A model generated the notes under the pieces. It had not been told where the DNA came from. It made no database searches and saw nothing but the letters and a program-made list of their open reading frames with translations. From a plasmid: a DNA stretch of 45,197 nucleotides. The position numbers and the translations under genes were made by a program. Below, piece by piece: positions 26,482-36,192 of this stretch; positions within the stretch are counted from its first letter, which is position 1; each line of letters begins with the position of its first letter. Location of the stretch: sequence record NZ_CP022471.1; one strand, 5' to 3'.

Positions 26482-27453
26482 ATGAAAAAAAATATCTTTG
26501 GTGTTAATAAAGCCATAGGGAAATCTCATCCCCATGAAAATGGGGCAAGACTAATAAGCCTTGACTATAATTATACAAAGGAGTATAATTATAACTATGA
26601 GATTTGTGTAACTCAATTTAACCACCTCTTTTCTGAGGTTAAATTTAGCCACAGGGTTGCAGCCCTATGGCTAACCCCACAAAATTATATCCAAAAATTT
26701 AAAAAATCTATTCTTATTCTTACTTCCTTATTAGTTTTGCCTAACTTAGCATTTAGTGCTGGTATTCCTGTAGTTGATGTAACAGCAAATCAGCAAATGG
26801 CTACACAAAACGCTAAACAAGTGGCAGAATGGGCTAAAGATGCTTCAAGATGGACTGAAACAGTAGCACACTATCAAAAACAAATTCAAGCTTACAAAGA
26901 TGAACTTTTATCAAAAACAGGCATTAGAGATTCAGTAACTTTTCTAAAAGATATTAAACAAATATATTCAGATTTTGCTGAAGTTGGGCAAAATATTCAA
27001 TCATTTTACAATGATGTATTAAGAGATCCACAAAAATTTTTAAGTGATAAAGGTAATGAAATTTTTGGAAAATATACGAGCTTTGATCGATGTAATTTTG
27101 ATTTTTTAAGTCAATCAGAAAAAAACATTTGCAAAATGAATTTAATCACTTATGCTGCTCAAGTAGAAACCTATAATCAAGCTTCAAAACAAATGGATAC
27201 GATTAGTCAAACACTCCAAAAATTGCAAGATAAATTAGTAAATTCCAAAGATATTAAAGAAAGCACAGATGTTGGCAATGCTATTCAGTTGGAAGTGGCA
27301 AAAATTCAAATGGTTAAAAATCAAGTTGATTTAGCCAATGCAAGTTATGAAAACCAAAGAAAAATTAAAGAAGATATGGCTATGCAAGAATATTCTAAGT
27401 CGTTACAAAAGCCACGAGAAAGTGCTATGGAATTTTTTAAGAACAACAAATGA
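26482..27453 (+). CDS. virB5: VirB5-like secreted T4SS minor pilus protein. The true start is uncertain, because the first ~70 codons of the ORF hold promoter-like and hairpin elements and the signal peptide begins near codon 74.
   Basis: The signal-peptide-like KKSILILTSLLVLPNLAFSAG is followed by an alpha-helical body. The stop overlaps the virB6 start. Confidence 0.45.
   Translation: MKKNIFGVNKAIGKSHPHENGARLISLDYNYTKEYNYNYEICVTQFNHLFSEVKFSHRVAALWLTPQNYIQKFKKSILILTSLLVLPNLAFSAGIPVVDVTANQQMATQNAKQVAEWAKDASRWTETVAHYQKQIQAYKDELLSKTGIRDSVTFLKDIKQIYSDFAEVGQNIQSFYNDVLRDPQKFLSDKGNEIFGKYTSFDRCNFDFLSQSEKNICKMNLITYAAQVETYNQASKQMDTISQTLQKLQDKLVNSKDIKESTDVGNAIQLEVAKIQMVKNQVDLANASYENQRKIKEDMAMQEYSKSLQKPRESAMEFFKNNK
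26561..26589 (+). promoter_or_regulatory. Near-consensus sigma70 promoter TTGACT-N17-TATAAT inside the annotated 5' end of the virB5 ORF. It is flanked by the hairpin CCCCATgaaaATGGGG (26530..26545) and the 22-bp dyad CCACAGGGTTGCAGCCCTATGG (26649..26670).
   Basis: Visible directly. These GC-rich structured elements sit in an otherwise AT-rich context. Confidence 0.35.
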
Positions 27454-27545
27454 ATTTAGATCTTTTTCAAACTCTAGGTAAAAGCATACAACAAATTGTT
27501 GATGCTATAAGACAAGTAGGCACAAATGATAAGGTTGCAGAACTT
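27392..27545 (+). repeat. 154-bp direct repeat, copy B, at the native virB5/virB6 junction.
   Basis: Matches 16606..16759. Confidence 0.9.
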
Positions 27546-28448
27546 AGCGTATTGCTTTCTATTATTATCACTTTAGTCATTATGTATAAAGGCTACGAAG
27601 TCTTAATGGGTAGAAGTCAAAGCCCTATTAGAGAATTAACTTGGGATATAGTTGGAAAGCTTGTTGCCATTACTTTTGCCTTAAATTTAGGGGGTTGGCT
27701 AGATTTAACAATTTCAACAATGGATGGATTATACGAGTGGGCAGGAGGCGGAACGCAAATGTATAAAACACTAGATGAAATGTATGCAAACACAGCACAA
27801 CTTACAAACATAATTTGGGCTAAATCAAGTGGTGTTGGAGGTGCTATTTTAGCTATTGTAGCAATGCTACTTTGTTATGTAGGATTTGCAATTGCTGTAG
27901 TTCCTGCACTTACAATCTTTGTTGTTACTACCTTCACACAAACACTGCTTGTAATCACCGCCCCTATAGTATTTTGGCTTTTAGTTTTTAAAGCCACTAA
28001 AAATGTTTTTACACAGTGGATAGGACTTTTACTTTCAAATACTTTAGTCATTTTGCTTGTAGGCTTATTTTTGGGTGTTTTTATGGAGCAAATATCAACT
28101 TGGATTAAGTATTTTGCAAAAGTAACTCAAGCAGGAGACGAAGTATTAGGCACAAGTATTTTCTTTGTCATTGCCGCTTTAGTTCTTGTCATTATGATTA
28201 TTTCTGCAAAACTTTATGCCGAAAAAGTTGCAAATGTTTCAATGGAAGGAGCTATGGGCGGAGTAATAGGTTCTGTTTTAAACCCTGTTGGTAGATTAGC
28301 AGGTTGGGCTGGAGGCAAAGTCGCAGGAAAAACTGTAAATACAGCAAAAGCTGGTGGAAAATTAGCAGCCAAAGGTACTTTGGCTAGTGCTAAAGGCGGT
28401 TATAGTTTTGCTAAAAAAATGTATGAAAGGGCTAGAAATGCAGGCTAA
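27450..28448 (+). CDS. virB6: VirB6 polytopic inner-membrane T4SS protein.
   Basis: Multiple transmembrane helices. Gene order within the cluster. C-terminal repeats AGGKxA. Confidence 0.7.
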   Translation: MNLDLFQTLGKSIQQIVDAIRQVGTNDKVAELSVLLSIIITLVIMYKGYEVLMGRSQSPIRELTWDIVGKLVAITFALNLGGWLDLTISTMDGLYEWAGGGTQMYKTLDEMYANTAQLTNIIWAKSSGVGGAILAIVAMLLCYVGFAIAVVPALTIFVVTTFTQTLLVITAPIVFWLLVFKATKNVFTQWIGLLLSNTLVILLVGLFLGVFMEQISTWIKYFAKVTQAGDEVLGTSIFFVIAALVLVIMIISAKLYAEKVANVSMEGAMGGVIGSVLNPVGRLAGWAGGKVAGKTVNTAKAGGKLAAKGTLASAKGGYSFAKKMYERARNAG

Positions 28449-28605
28449 ATTAATTTTTATTTTATTACTTGGTGTTTTATTTTTTAGTGCTTGTAGCACT
28501 AAAAATCAGGGTAAATATGATGAATTTTTTAACAATCAAACAGGATGGATTCCTGTTAATACTCAAAACAAAGATTTAAATAAAGGAACTATGGATGAAA
28601 AATGA
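28438..28605 (+). CDS. virB7: VirB7-like small lipoprotein.
   Basis: ATG at 28438. Lipobox FFSACS. 55 aa. Overlaps the virB6 end and the virB8 start. Confidence 0.5.
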   Translation: MQAKLIFILLLGVLFFSACSTKNQGKYDEFFNNQTGWIPVNTQNKDLNKGTMDEK

Positions 28606-29257
28606 GTTTAATACTGCAATAGATTATGAAGCAAGTTTTAGATACTTAATTGAAAAAAGTAATAAAAGAGCTTGGCTTATTGCTTTTATTTCTATTTTTA
28701 TAGCCATTATTTCCATTATAGCTGTTGTTTTACTTACTCCTTTAAAAACAATAGAACCTTATGTAATAAGAGTAGACAATACTACAGGAATGGTTGATAT
28801 TTTAACCATGCTTGATGAAAAAGAAATTAAAGCAAATGAAGCATTAGATAAATATTTTATTAGCACTTATGTAAAAGCTAGAGAAGGCTATTATTATGAT
28901 CTTTTAAATCAAGATTATTTACTTACTCAATTAATGAGTTCTGAAAAAGTAGCAAATGAATATAGGGCTTTATATGAAGGTGATAATGCAAGAGATCAAA
29001 TTCTAAAAAACTCCAATGAAGTAAGTGTTCAAATTTTAAGTATTGTTTTAGGAGAAAGTAACGGAGTGAAAACTGCTACAGTCAGGGCAATTATTACTAC
29101 AAAAAATTTAACTTCCAAAGGAACAACTCAAGCAACAAAAGTAATAACATTAAGTTATGACTATATCTTAGCAAAAGCTAGCGAAGAAAACAGATTTTTA
29201 AATCCTTTAGGTTTTAAAGTATTAACTTATAGAATTGATGACGAGGTGGCACAATGA
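28595..29257 (+). CDS. virB8: VirB8 bitopic T4SS protein.
   Basis: An N-terminal cytoplasmic part, a single transmembrane helix and an NTF2-like periplasmic domain. Matches gene order. Confidence 0.75.
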   Translation: MKNEFNTAIDYEASFRYLIEKSNKRAWLIAFISIFIAIISIIAVVLLTPLKTIEPYVIRVDNTTGMVDILTMLDEKEIKANEALDKYFISTYVKAREGYYYDLLNQDYLLTQLMSSEKVANEYRALYEGDNARDQILKNSNEVSVQILSIVLGESNGVKTATVRAIITTKNLTSKGTTQATKVITLSYDYILAKASEENRFLNPLGFKVLTYRIDDEVAQ

Positions 29258-30141
29258 AAAAAATAATCTTGATAAATTTATTGTTGTGTAGTTTTATTTG
29301 GGCTTTAAATATTCCAAAAACTTCTACATTTGATAAAAGAATTGCTTATGCAATTTATAATGCAAACGATGTATTTCAAATTAATGCAAAAAATGGCTAT
29401 GTTAGCGTTTTAGAATTTGGTACCGATGAAAGAATTATCAATACTGCTACAGGTTTTGCAGAAGGTTGGGATTTAATTGAAAAAGACAATCTTTTATTTA
29501 TAAAACCTAAAGCTTATAAAACACAACTTGTTCAACAAGAAAACAATAATATAGGAGAGAGTCAAGCATCACAAGAATTCGTTTTAGATCCAAATCCTCA
29601 TGATTGGAAAACTAACCTAATTGTTATTACAAATCTAAATACTTATGTATTCGATTTAAAACTTGTAAACCAAAATAATAACGCTACCTATAAACTCAGT
29701 TTTTCTTACCCTAAAAAAGATTTAAAAGCCGCTAAAGAATTTTTAGAAGCACAAGAACAAGAAAATATACGCAGAGATTTAAATAAAAATACCATTCCTA
29801 GAAATTGGGATTTTTATATGAAAATTAACAAAGGTAGCGAAGACATAAGTCCAAATTTTGCTTATGATGATGGTGTTTTTACATATCTTGGTTTTGATAA
29901 TACTAAAACTTTTCCTGCTGTTTTCATGTATGATAATGGTAAAGAAAGTATTTTAAATACTCATATTAAAAAAGATGGCAATTATGAAGTTTTAGTAATT
30001 CAAAAAATTACTAAACAAATCTTGTTAAGAAGTGGCGATAAAGTCGTTGGTATTTTTAATCGTGGCTATGCAAAAAATCCTTTAGATAAAACAAGAGAAA
30101 CCTCCAATGAAAATATTCAAAGAGAGATAAATAAAAAATAA
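29254..30141 (+). CDS. virB9: VirB9 outer-membrane core complex protein.
   Basis: Signal peptide. Gene order. Overlaps the virB8 stop by 4 nt. Confidence 0.75.
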   Translation: MKKIILINLLLCSFIWALNIPKTSTFDKRIAYAIYNANDVFQINAKNGYVSVLEFGTDERIINTATGFAEGWDLIEKDNLLFIKPKAYKTQLVQQENNNIGESQASQEFVLDPNPHDWKTNLIVITNLNTYVFDLKLVNQNNNATYKLSFSYPKKDLKAAKEFLEAQEQENIRRDLNKNTIPRNWDFYMKINKGSEDISPNFAYDDGVFTYLGFDNTKTFPAVFMYDNGKESILNTHIKKDGNYEVLVIQKITKQILLRSGDKVVGIFNRGYAKNPLDKTRETSNENIQREINKK

Positions 30142-30146
30142 AACGA

Positions 30147-31343
30147 ATGAAACTAAAAGGAATAAGTATGCAAGATAAAGAACAAGATAATTTAGACAAT
30201 GATTTTGAAAATCATACAAGTGATTTACACGATCAAAAAAATCATCTTAGAAAGATACAAGCTTATGTAATTTTTGCTGTGGGTGGATTATTATTAGTTT
30301 TAATATTAGTTTATTTTTTAAAATCATTTTTAAGTAGCAATACAACTACCGAAGAAGTACAAAAAGAAGATAATAAAGATTTGGCACAAAGTGTTAAAAC
30401 AAAGGAATTTATTCCACCTCCTCCACAAAAAACATTTGATGAACTAATTGCACAAGAATCACCAAAACCGACACAAGATTTAATACTTGAACCCAAACCT
30501 CCAAAGCCTAGAATTGTTAAAGGTGCAGGAGTTACTGTTGTCGCTTCATCTAATAATGATGGATTTGGAAATAATGGCACAGGAAACAGGGAAGAATTTG
30601 GAGAAAAACCTAACACAGTGTTTGAGTTTGGACAAAATGGTTCTTTACAAAACTCTAATAATTTACAAGGTGGTAGTAATGGAGATTTTGTTGGAGAGGT
30701 CTTCACTCCCACAATCGCTAAAGTTAGCGAATTTGATCAAAATTTACTATTACCTAAAGGAACTTACATAGGCTGTGCTTTAAAAACAAGATTGGTAAGT
30801 TCTATTAAAGGTGGAATCGCTTGTATTGTATCAAATGATGTCTATTCTGCTAATGGAAATACTCTTTTAATTGAAAAAGGTAGCACTATTACAGGAACTT
30901 TTAATACTGGACAAATGGATGATGGAATGGATAGATTATTTGTAATTTGGCAAGAAATTAGAACACCGAACAATATCATTATCCCTGTTTATTCAGGTGC
31001 TACCGATGAATTAGGTGCAAGTGGCGTTCAAGGTTGGGTAGATCATCATTACTTAAAACGATTTGGCTCTGCTGTTTTACTATCAATGATAGATGATTCA
31101 CTGGCTATCTTAGCGGATCAAATTGCAGGTAAAGATAATAAAAATAATTATGCCAATTACACTGAAAATACAAGAGATTCTGCAAAAGAAATCGCAAATA
31201 CAGCACTAGAAAAAATGATTGATATTAAACCTACACTTTATAAAAATCAAGGTGATTTGGTCGGTGTTTATGTTAATCGTGATATTGATTTTTCAAAAGT
31301 TTATAAACTTACAAGGAAAAAGAATGTCAATAACGCTAGATAA
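30147..31343 (+). CDS. virB10: VirB10 T4SS core protein.
   Basis: N-terminal transmembrane helix, the Pro-rich segment PPPPQ...PKPPKP and a C-terminal beta-barrel domain. Confidence 0.8.
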   Translation: MKLKGISMQDKEQDNLDNDFENHTSDLHDQKNHLRKIQAYVIFAVGGLLLVLILVYFLKSFLSSNTTTEEVQKEDNKDLAQSVKTKEFIPPPPQKTFDELIAQESPKPTQDLILEPKPPKPRIVKGAGVTVVASSNNDGFGNNGTGNREEFGEKPNTVFEFGQNGSLQNSNNLQGGSNGDFVGEVFTPTIAKVSEFDQNLLLPKGTYIGCALKTRLVSSIKGGIACIVSNDVYSANGNTLLIEKGSTITGTFNTGQMDDGMDRLFVIWQEIRTPNNIIIPVYSGATDELGASGVQGWVDHHYLKRFGSAVLLSMIDDSLAILADQIAGKDNKNNYANYTENTRDSAKEIANTALEKMIDIKPTLYKNQGDLVGVYVNRDIDFSKVYKLTRKKNVNNAR

Positions 31344-32316
31344 ATATACTCAAAAATTTTTTGGAGAATTTTTAAAAGATGATAATATCAATGAAATCTG
31401 CTATAACGGCGATAATAAAATTTGGGTACAAAACTCTAAAGGATTATGGGAATGTATAGATACTAAACTTGATTTTGAACAAGCTGGACATTTTGCAACT
31501 GCTTCAGCCTCATTCAAAAAAGATAAAATAGATGTATCACGCCCTATTCTTAGTTGTATTCTAGTAGGTGGAGAGCGTATGCAAATTGTTATTCCTCCTG
31601 CTACAAAAAGCGAACACATTTCAATTACTATTAGAAAGCCAAGCAAAACTCGCTTTAAAATGGAAGATCATATTAAAAGCGGACTTTTTGAAGATTTAAA
31701 TCCTGATGATAAGAATAAAATCAAACCAAGCGATGAAGAATTAATCAAGCTATATGAAGCAAGAGATTATCAAAATTTTATATCCAAAGCTGTTAGCTAT
31801 GGTAAAAATATTATTATCGCTGGTGAAACAGGAAGCGGTAAAACTACCTTTATGAAAACTCTTATTGATTTTATAAGCCTTGATGATAGGATTATCACAA
31901 TAGAAGATGTTGAAGAAATCAAATTCTATGAACACAAAAATTTCGTGCAATTATTCTATCCTAGCGAAGCAAAAAGTACAGATTTTTTAAATTCTGCAAC
32001 ACTTTTAAAATCTTGTTTAAGAATGAAGCCTGATAGGATTTTACTAGCAGAGCTTAGAGGTGCTGAAACTTATGATTTTATTAATGTTTTAGCTAGTGGT
32101 CATGGTGGAAGTATCACAAGTTGCCATGCAGGAAGCCCCGAAGAAACATTTACACGACTTGCTTTAATGACTCTACAAAATCCACAAGGTCAATGCGTGC
32201 CTTTTGAAATTATCCAAAAAACACTTAAAGACTTAATAGATATTGTCGTGCATATCCATGCCCATCATGGAAAAAGGCGTATTAGCGGCATTTATTTTAA
32301 AGAAATGGAGAGATAA
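31324..32316 (+). CDS. virB11: VirB11 traffic ATPase.
   Basis: Walker A GETGSGKTT. ATG at 31324, in frame within the longer track ORF. Confidence 0.85.
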   Translation: MSITLDKYTQKFFGEFLKDDNINEICYNGDNKIWVQNSKGLWECIDTKLDFEQAGHFATASASFKKDKIDVSRPILSCILVGGERMQIVIPPATKSEHISITIRKPSKTRFKMEDHIKSGLFEDLNPDDKNKIKPSDEELIKLYEARDYQNFISKAVSYGKNIIIAGETGSGKTTFMKTLIDFISLDDRIITIEDVEEIKFYEHKNFVQLFYPSEAKSTDFLNSATLLKSCLRMKPDRILLAELRGAETYDFINVLASGHGGSITSCHAGSPEETFTRLALMTLQNPQGQCVPFEIIQKTLKDLIDIVVHIHAHHGKRRISGIYFKEMER

Positions 32317-34128
32317 ATGCAAAATAATAAAAGCATTCAAATGATTTTTCTTGCTATAGCGAGTTTTATTCTCACTTACTTAATAACGCCCATTGTTTTT
32401 TTCTTTTTAAATAAAGTAAAAATAATGAAAGCGATTGAAATTTATAACATAAATTTTACGCTACAAGCAATCTCTAATGGTTATCCAAAAATATGGCTTT
32501 CTTTAGGTATTACTTTTGGCATTTGTTTTGTTGTTTTTTCTGTTTTGGTGTTATCTTTAAAAGCCAAAAAATCTCAATTTGGCGAAGCTAGATTTGCAAA
32601 TTTTAATGAAATTAAAAAAATGAATTTATTTTCAGATAATGGAATAATTATCGGAAAATACAAGGGAAAGATTTTAAGATTTAGCGGTCAGCAATTTGTA
32701 GCCTTAGGAGCACCCACAAGAAGTGGTAAAGGCGTAGGTATAGTAATACCAAACTTGTTAGAGTGGCGAGAAAGTGCTGTTGTTCAAGATATTAAACAAG
32801 AATGTTTTGACTACACAAGCAAATATAGAAAAGAGATTTTAGGACAAGAAGTTTATTTATTCAATCCATTTTCAAGACAGACACATCGCTATAATCCTTT
32901 AACTTATATTGATATGAGTGATAAAGAGCATTGCGATAGTCAATTAATGGATTTAGGTAACATACTCTACCCACAAGATGGGGATTCTACCTCAAAATTT
33001 TTCAATGGCTTAGCACAAAACTTATTTATTGGGCTTTGTTATTTATGGCGTGATTTACAATTAACCGATTATGGAAAAGAATTTCAAAGTGCGTTTGATA
33101 TTAATGTAGGAGAATTTAACTTTTACAATATTTTGCAACTCTCAAAAGGTTTCTCACTTAAAAATGAAGGAAAAACTTTAAAAGGATTTGATGATACATA
33201 CAATTTCTTATCTTATTGTGAAGTTTTAGATGAAGCAACCATAAGGCGTTTAGAAACTTATTTTAATATTAACTCAGATGCTACTAAATCAGGTGTAATG
33301 AGCTCTTTTAATGCTCCGCTTGTGCCATTTGAAAGTGAAACATTAAGATTAAGCACAGAAACAAGCGATTTTGATTTGCGAGATTTGCGTAAAAAGAAAA
33401 TGACAATTTATATAGGAATTACGCCTGATCAATTAGCAAATGCACAATTTATTTTAAATATTTTTTGGTCGCAACTTATTTTATTAAACACCAAAGAATT
33501 GCCACAAAGCAATAAAGATTTAAAATATACTTGTTTAATGGTTATGGATGAATTTACTGCACCTGGTAGAATTCCTATCTATCAATCAGCAATCAGTTTT
33601 ATGGCTGGTTATTGGTTAAGATCTTTGATGATTTATCAATCAAATTCACAACTTGAAACACAACCACCTTTGGGCTATGGAAAAGAAGGAGCTAAAACAC
33701 TCTTAACAAATCATGCTTGTCAGATTTTCTATGCGCCAAGAGAGCAAGAAGACGCAGAAGCTATCTCTAGGATTTTAGGAAATACTACTTTTAAAACAAA
33801 ATCAAGAAGTATTAATACAGGCAATAATGGAGGTGGATCACATAGTATTAGCGAAGCAAGTAGGGCTTTAATGTTGCCACAAGAACTTAGAGAAATGCCT
33901 TTTGAAAATGAACTAATTACTATTGATAGTGGAAAACCTATTTTATGCAATAAAGCATTTTATTATTCAGATTCTTATTTTATGGATAAATTTAAAGCTG
34001 TTTCGAAAAGTTTATCAACAATAAGAAAAATCCCTTCACGCAAACAATTAGAAGATGCGATCTTAAAGGGAGAATGTAAAGTAAAAATTCAAATTATAGG
34101 AGAAAACAATGATAAAAAAATCGCTTGA
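32317..34128 (+). CDS. virD4: VirD4/TraG type IV coupling protein.
   Basis: N-terminal transmembrane helices. Walker A GAPTRSGKGVG. 603 aa. Confidence 0.85.
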   Translation: MQNNKSIQMIFLAIASFILTYLITPIVFFFLNKVKIMKAIEIYNINFTLQAISNGYPKIWLSLGITFGICFVVFSVLVLSLKAKKSQFGEARFANFNEIKKMNLFSDNGIIIGKYKGKILRFSGQQFVALGAPTRSGKGVGIVIPNLLEWRESAVVQDIKQECFDYTSKYRKEILGQEVYLFNPFSRQTHRYNPLTYIDMSDKEHCDSQLMDLGNILYPQDGDSTSKFFNGLAQNLFIGLCYLWRDLQLTDYGKEFQSAFDINVGEFNFYNILQLSKGFSLKNEGKTLKGFDDTYNFLSYCEVLDEATIRRLETYFNINSDATKSGVMSSFNAPLVPFESETLRLSTETSDFDLRDLRKKKMTIYIGITPDQLANAQFILNIFWSQLILLNTKELPQSNKDLKYTCLMVMDEFTAPGRIPIYQSAISFMAGYWLRSLMIYQSNSQLETQPPLGYGKEGAKTLLTNHACQIFYAPREQEDAEAISRILGNTTFKTKSRSINTGNNGGGSHSISEASRALMLPQELREMPFENELITIDSGKPILCNKAFYYSDSYFMDKFKAVSKSLSTIRKIPSRKQLEDAILKGECKVKIQIIGENNDKKIA

Positions 34129-34546
34129 CAATTTAGTCATAATGGCTTTAGTTTTTATAATGGTGGGTTGCTCTACAGCCCCAAAACCAAAAGAATTGGA
34201 TGATAATTCTGCATTGAGTATCAATAATTCTATTTTGGAGAAAAAATATAGCTTTGTTCCTAAAGATCCTTATTTGAGCGGATTTAATTGGACTTATCAT
34301 ATCGTGGTTGAGAAAAAAACTATAGATGATGATTTTATTAAAAATGATCTTATTACTAAAACTTTTTTACTCGCACACAATTCTACAAAAATCATTTTAG
34401 TAGGTAGAAAAGATTTAATTGAACAATATAAGCAATACTTTGAAAAAAATCAAGTTTTAGCACCTATAGAATTACAGCCTGTCAATCCTATTGAGCGTGA
34501 TTTTAACAAAGTTAATATTTTATTTTTTAATAAAACAAATTTTTAA
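34109..34546 (+). CDS. Lipoprotein with the lipobox MVGCS. Hypothetical.
   Basis: Signal peptide plus lipobox. Overlaps the virD4 end. Confidence 0.45.
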   Translation: MIKKSLDNLVIMALVFIMVGCSTAPKPKELDDNSALSINNSILEKKYSFVPKDPYLSGFNWTYHIVVEKKTIDDDFIKNDLITKTFLLAHNSTKIILVGRKDLIEQYKQYFEKNQVLAPIELQPVNPIERDFNKVNILFFNKTNF

Positions 34547-34557
34547 AGGAGAGAAAA

Positions 34558-35322
34558 ATGAAAAAAATATTATTCCCATTTTGTGTTTTTGGTGTAATAA
34601 ATAGTGTTAATGCTTTAGATTTGCAATTACTATCTGGTGATACTAGAACTTCTTGCGAAGTAATTCTTTGTTTAGCAAGTCCAGTTAAACCACCTGAATG
34701 TGCATCTTCTTTAGCAAAATATTTTAGCATTCACTTTAAAAAACCTTGGAAAACTATCCAAGCAAGGAAAGAATTTTTAAATTTGTGTCCTATTGACACA
34801 ACAAATGATCCAGAAATGTATAAATATAAAAATGATATTTTAGTTAACTTAGATGGAGAATGCTCTACAACTGCATTAAATCAAAGAATTGAAAAATCAA
34901 AACAACCTTTAAAAGTTGAAAAAATATGCACTGGTGGTGGGCATAATGGATCAAGAGAATGCGTAGAAATAAAAACTTATGGATTTAGAATAAATCCTGA
35001 ACTTACAAACTCTTGCAAACTTTTAGCTTCATCAAAATACACAGATTATCATTTAAAATATACTTGCGATAAGAAATTTTATGAGCAAAAAGATTGGGAA
35101 AGAGGTTATGAATTAAAAGAAGTATCACAAGAAATTTATAATGCTTTACCTGTATCGCAAAGAGAACAAGGAGAAAAATTAACTCCTATAAGTTATGGAG
35201 AATTTATTAAACTACCTGCTAATAAAAGAAAACAAGAAGGATTTGGCAAGTATTATAGAATCGATATTGCTTATTATCAAAAAATAATTATTAAAAAAGA
35301 TTGCTGGATAAACGAGAAATAA
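34558..35322 (+). CDS. Secreted cysteine-rich protein. Hypothetical.
   Basis: Signal peptide MKKILFPFCVFGVINSVNA and about 12 Cys. RBS GGAGAG. Confidence 0.45.
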   Translation: MKKILFPFCVFGVINSVNALDLQLLSGDTRTSCEVILCLASPVKPPECASSLAKYFSIHFKKPWKTIQARKEFLNLCPIDTTNDPEMYKYKNDILVNLDGECSTTALNQRIEKSKQPLKVEKICTGGGHNGSRECVEIKTYGFRINPELTNSCKLLASSKYTDYHLKYTCDKKFYEQKDWERGYELKEVSQEIYNALPVSQREQGEKLTPISYGEFIKLPANKRKQEGFGKYYRIDIAYYQKIIIKKDCWINEK

Positions 35323-35324
35323 CA

Positions 35325-36122
35325 ATGAATGAAGAAATTAATTCTAACGAAAATAATCTTTTTGAAATAGTTAATGAAGATAATTCAAAAAATATAGCTA
35401 TGCAAAACTATAATGAATTATTGGAAAAATTTGAAAATCTTATAAAAATAATTATTGCTAAAATTAATGTTGGTAAGCAAAATGCACAAAATAATACAGA
35501 AGATGGTATTTTTAAAGATTTAGAAAGCAATATTATAGAGCTAGATAATACCTATTTAGCTCTTATTTCTTATTTTAAAAATCCTCCTAATGATGAAGAG
35601 AAAGAAATTATTAATAAAACCATTTCTATTAAAAAAACAATGGAAGATTTTGCTAAATTTGCTAATGAAATTCAAAAAATATCATTGGATGATAAACTTA
35701 AACAATATAACGAGCAAATTAATAAATTTTGCGAAATAGTAGAATATAAACTTTCTCATAATGCAAAAAATTATAATACTTTTCTTGATCATTTTGTTGA
35801 AGATGGAAAACAAAAATTGAATACATTTTCAGAAATTTTTACAAAAATGACAAAAAATACAAAATGGTATCTTATATTTTTTAGTTTTACTTCTATAGGG
35901 TTAGGTATAGCTCTTGGCATTTTAATTTTGCTTACTTATATAAAATATTCAGAATATAACAATTTAAAAGAAAGAGTAAGCACAATCACTCAAGGTTTAG
36001 CCACTATCTCTATTGATGAAAATAGTAAAGGAAGCTTTACCTTGAGCTTTGCAAAAAACAAAAAAACTATTTTCAATGAGAATAAAAATAGTATTCAAAT
36101 CACACTACAAGGAGGTGAATGA
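35325..36122 (+). CDS. Coiled-coil protein with a C-proximal transmembrane helix. Hypothetical.
   Basis: ATG at 35325. Transmembrane helix WYLIFFSFTSIGLGIALGILILL. Confidence 0.4.
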   Translation: MNEEINSNENNLFEIVNEDNSKNIAMQNYNELLEKFENLIKIIIAKINVGKQNAQNNTEDGIFKDLESNIIELDNTYLALISYFKNPPNDEEKEIINKTISIKKTMEDFAKFANEIQKISLDDKLKQYNEQINKFCEIVEYKLSHNAKNYNTFLDHFVEDGKQKLNTFSEIFTKMTKNTKWYLIFFSFTSIGLGIALGILILLTYIKYSEYNNLKERVSTITQGLATISIDENSKGSFTLSFAKNKKTIFNENKNSIQITLQGGE

Positions 36123-36192
36123 ACAGAACAATTATATACAAAAAAATGCAAAAAACAAAAACAAATCATAAAAAATTTAAAAAGGAGAAAAA

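Noticed and set aside
30311-30771. ORFs inside virB10, one on the minus strand and one in an alternate plus-strand frame.
   Set aside because: They lie within a confidently assigned VirB10 gene. Stop-poor alternate frames are caused by the Pro/Gly-rich linker region.
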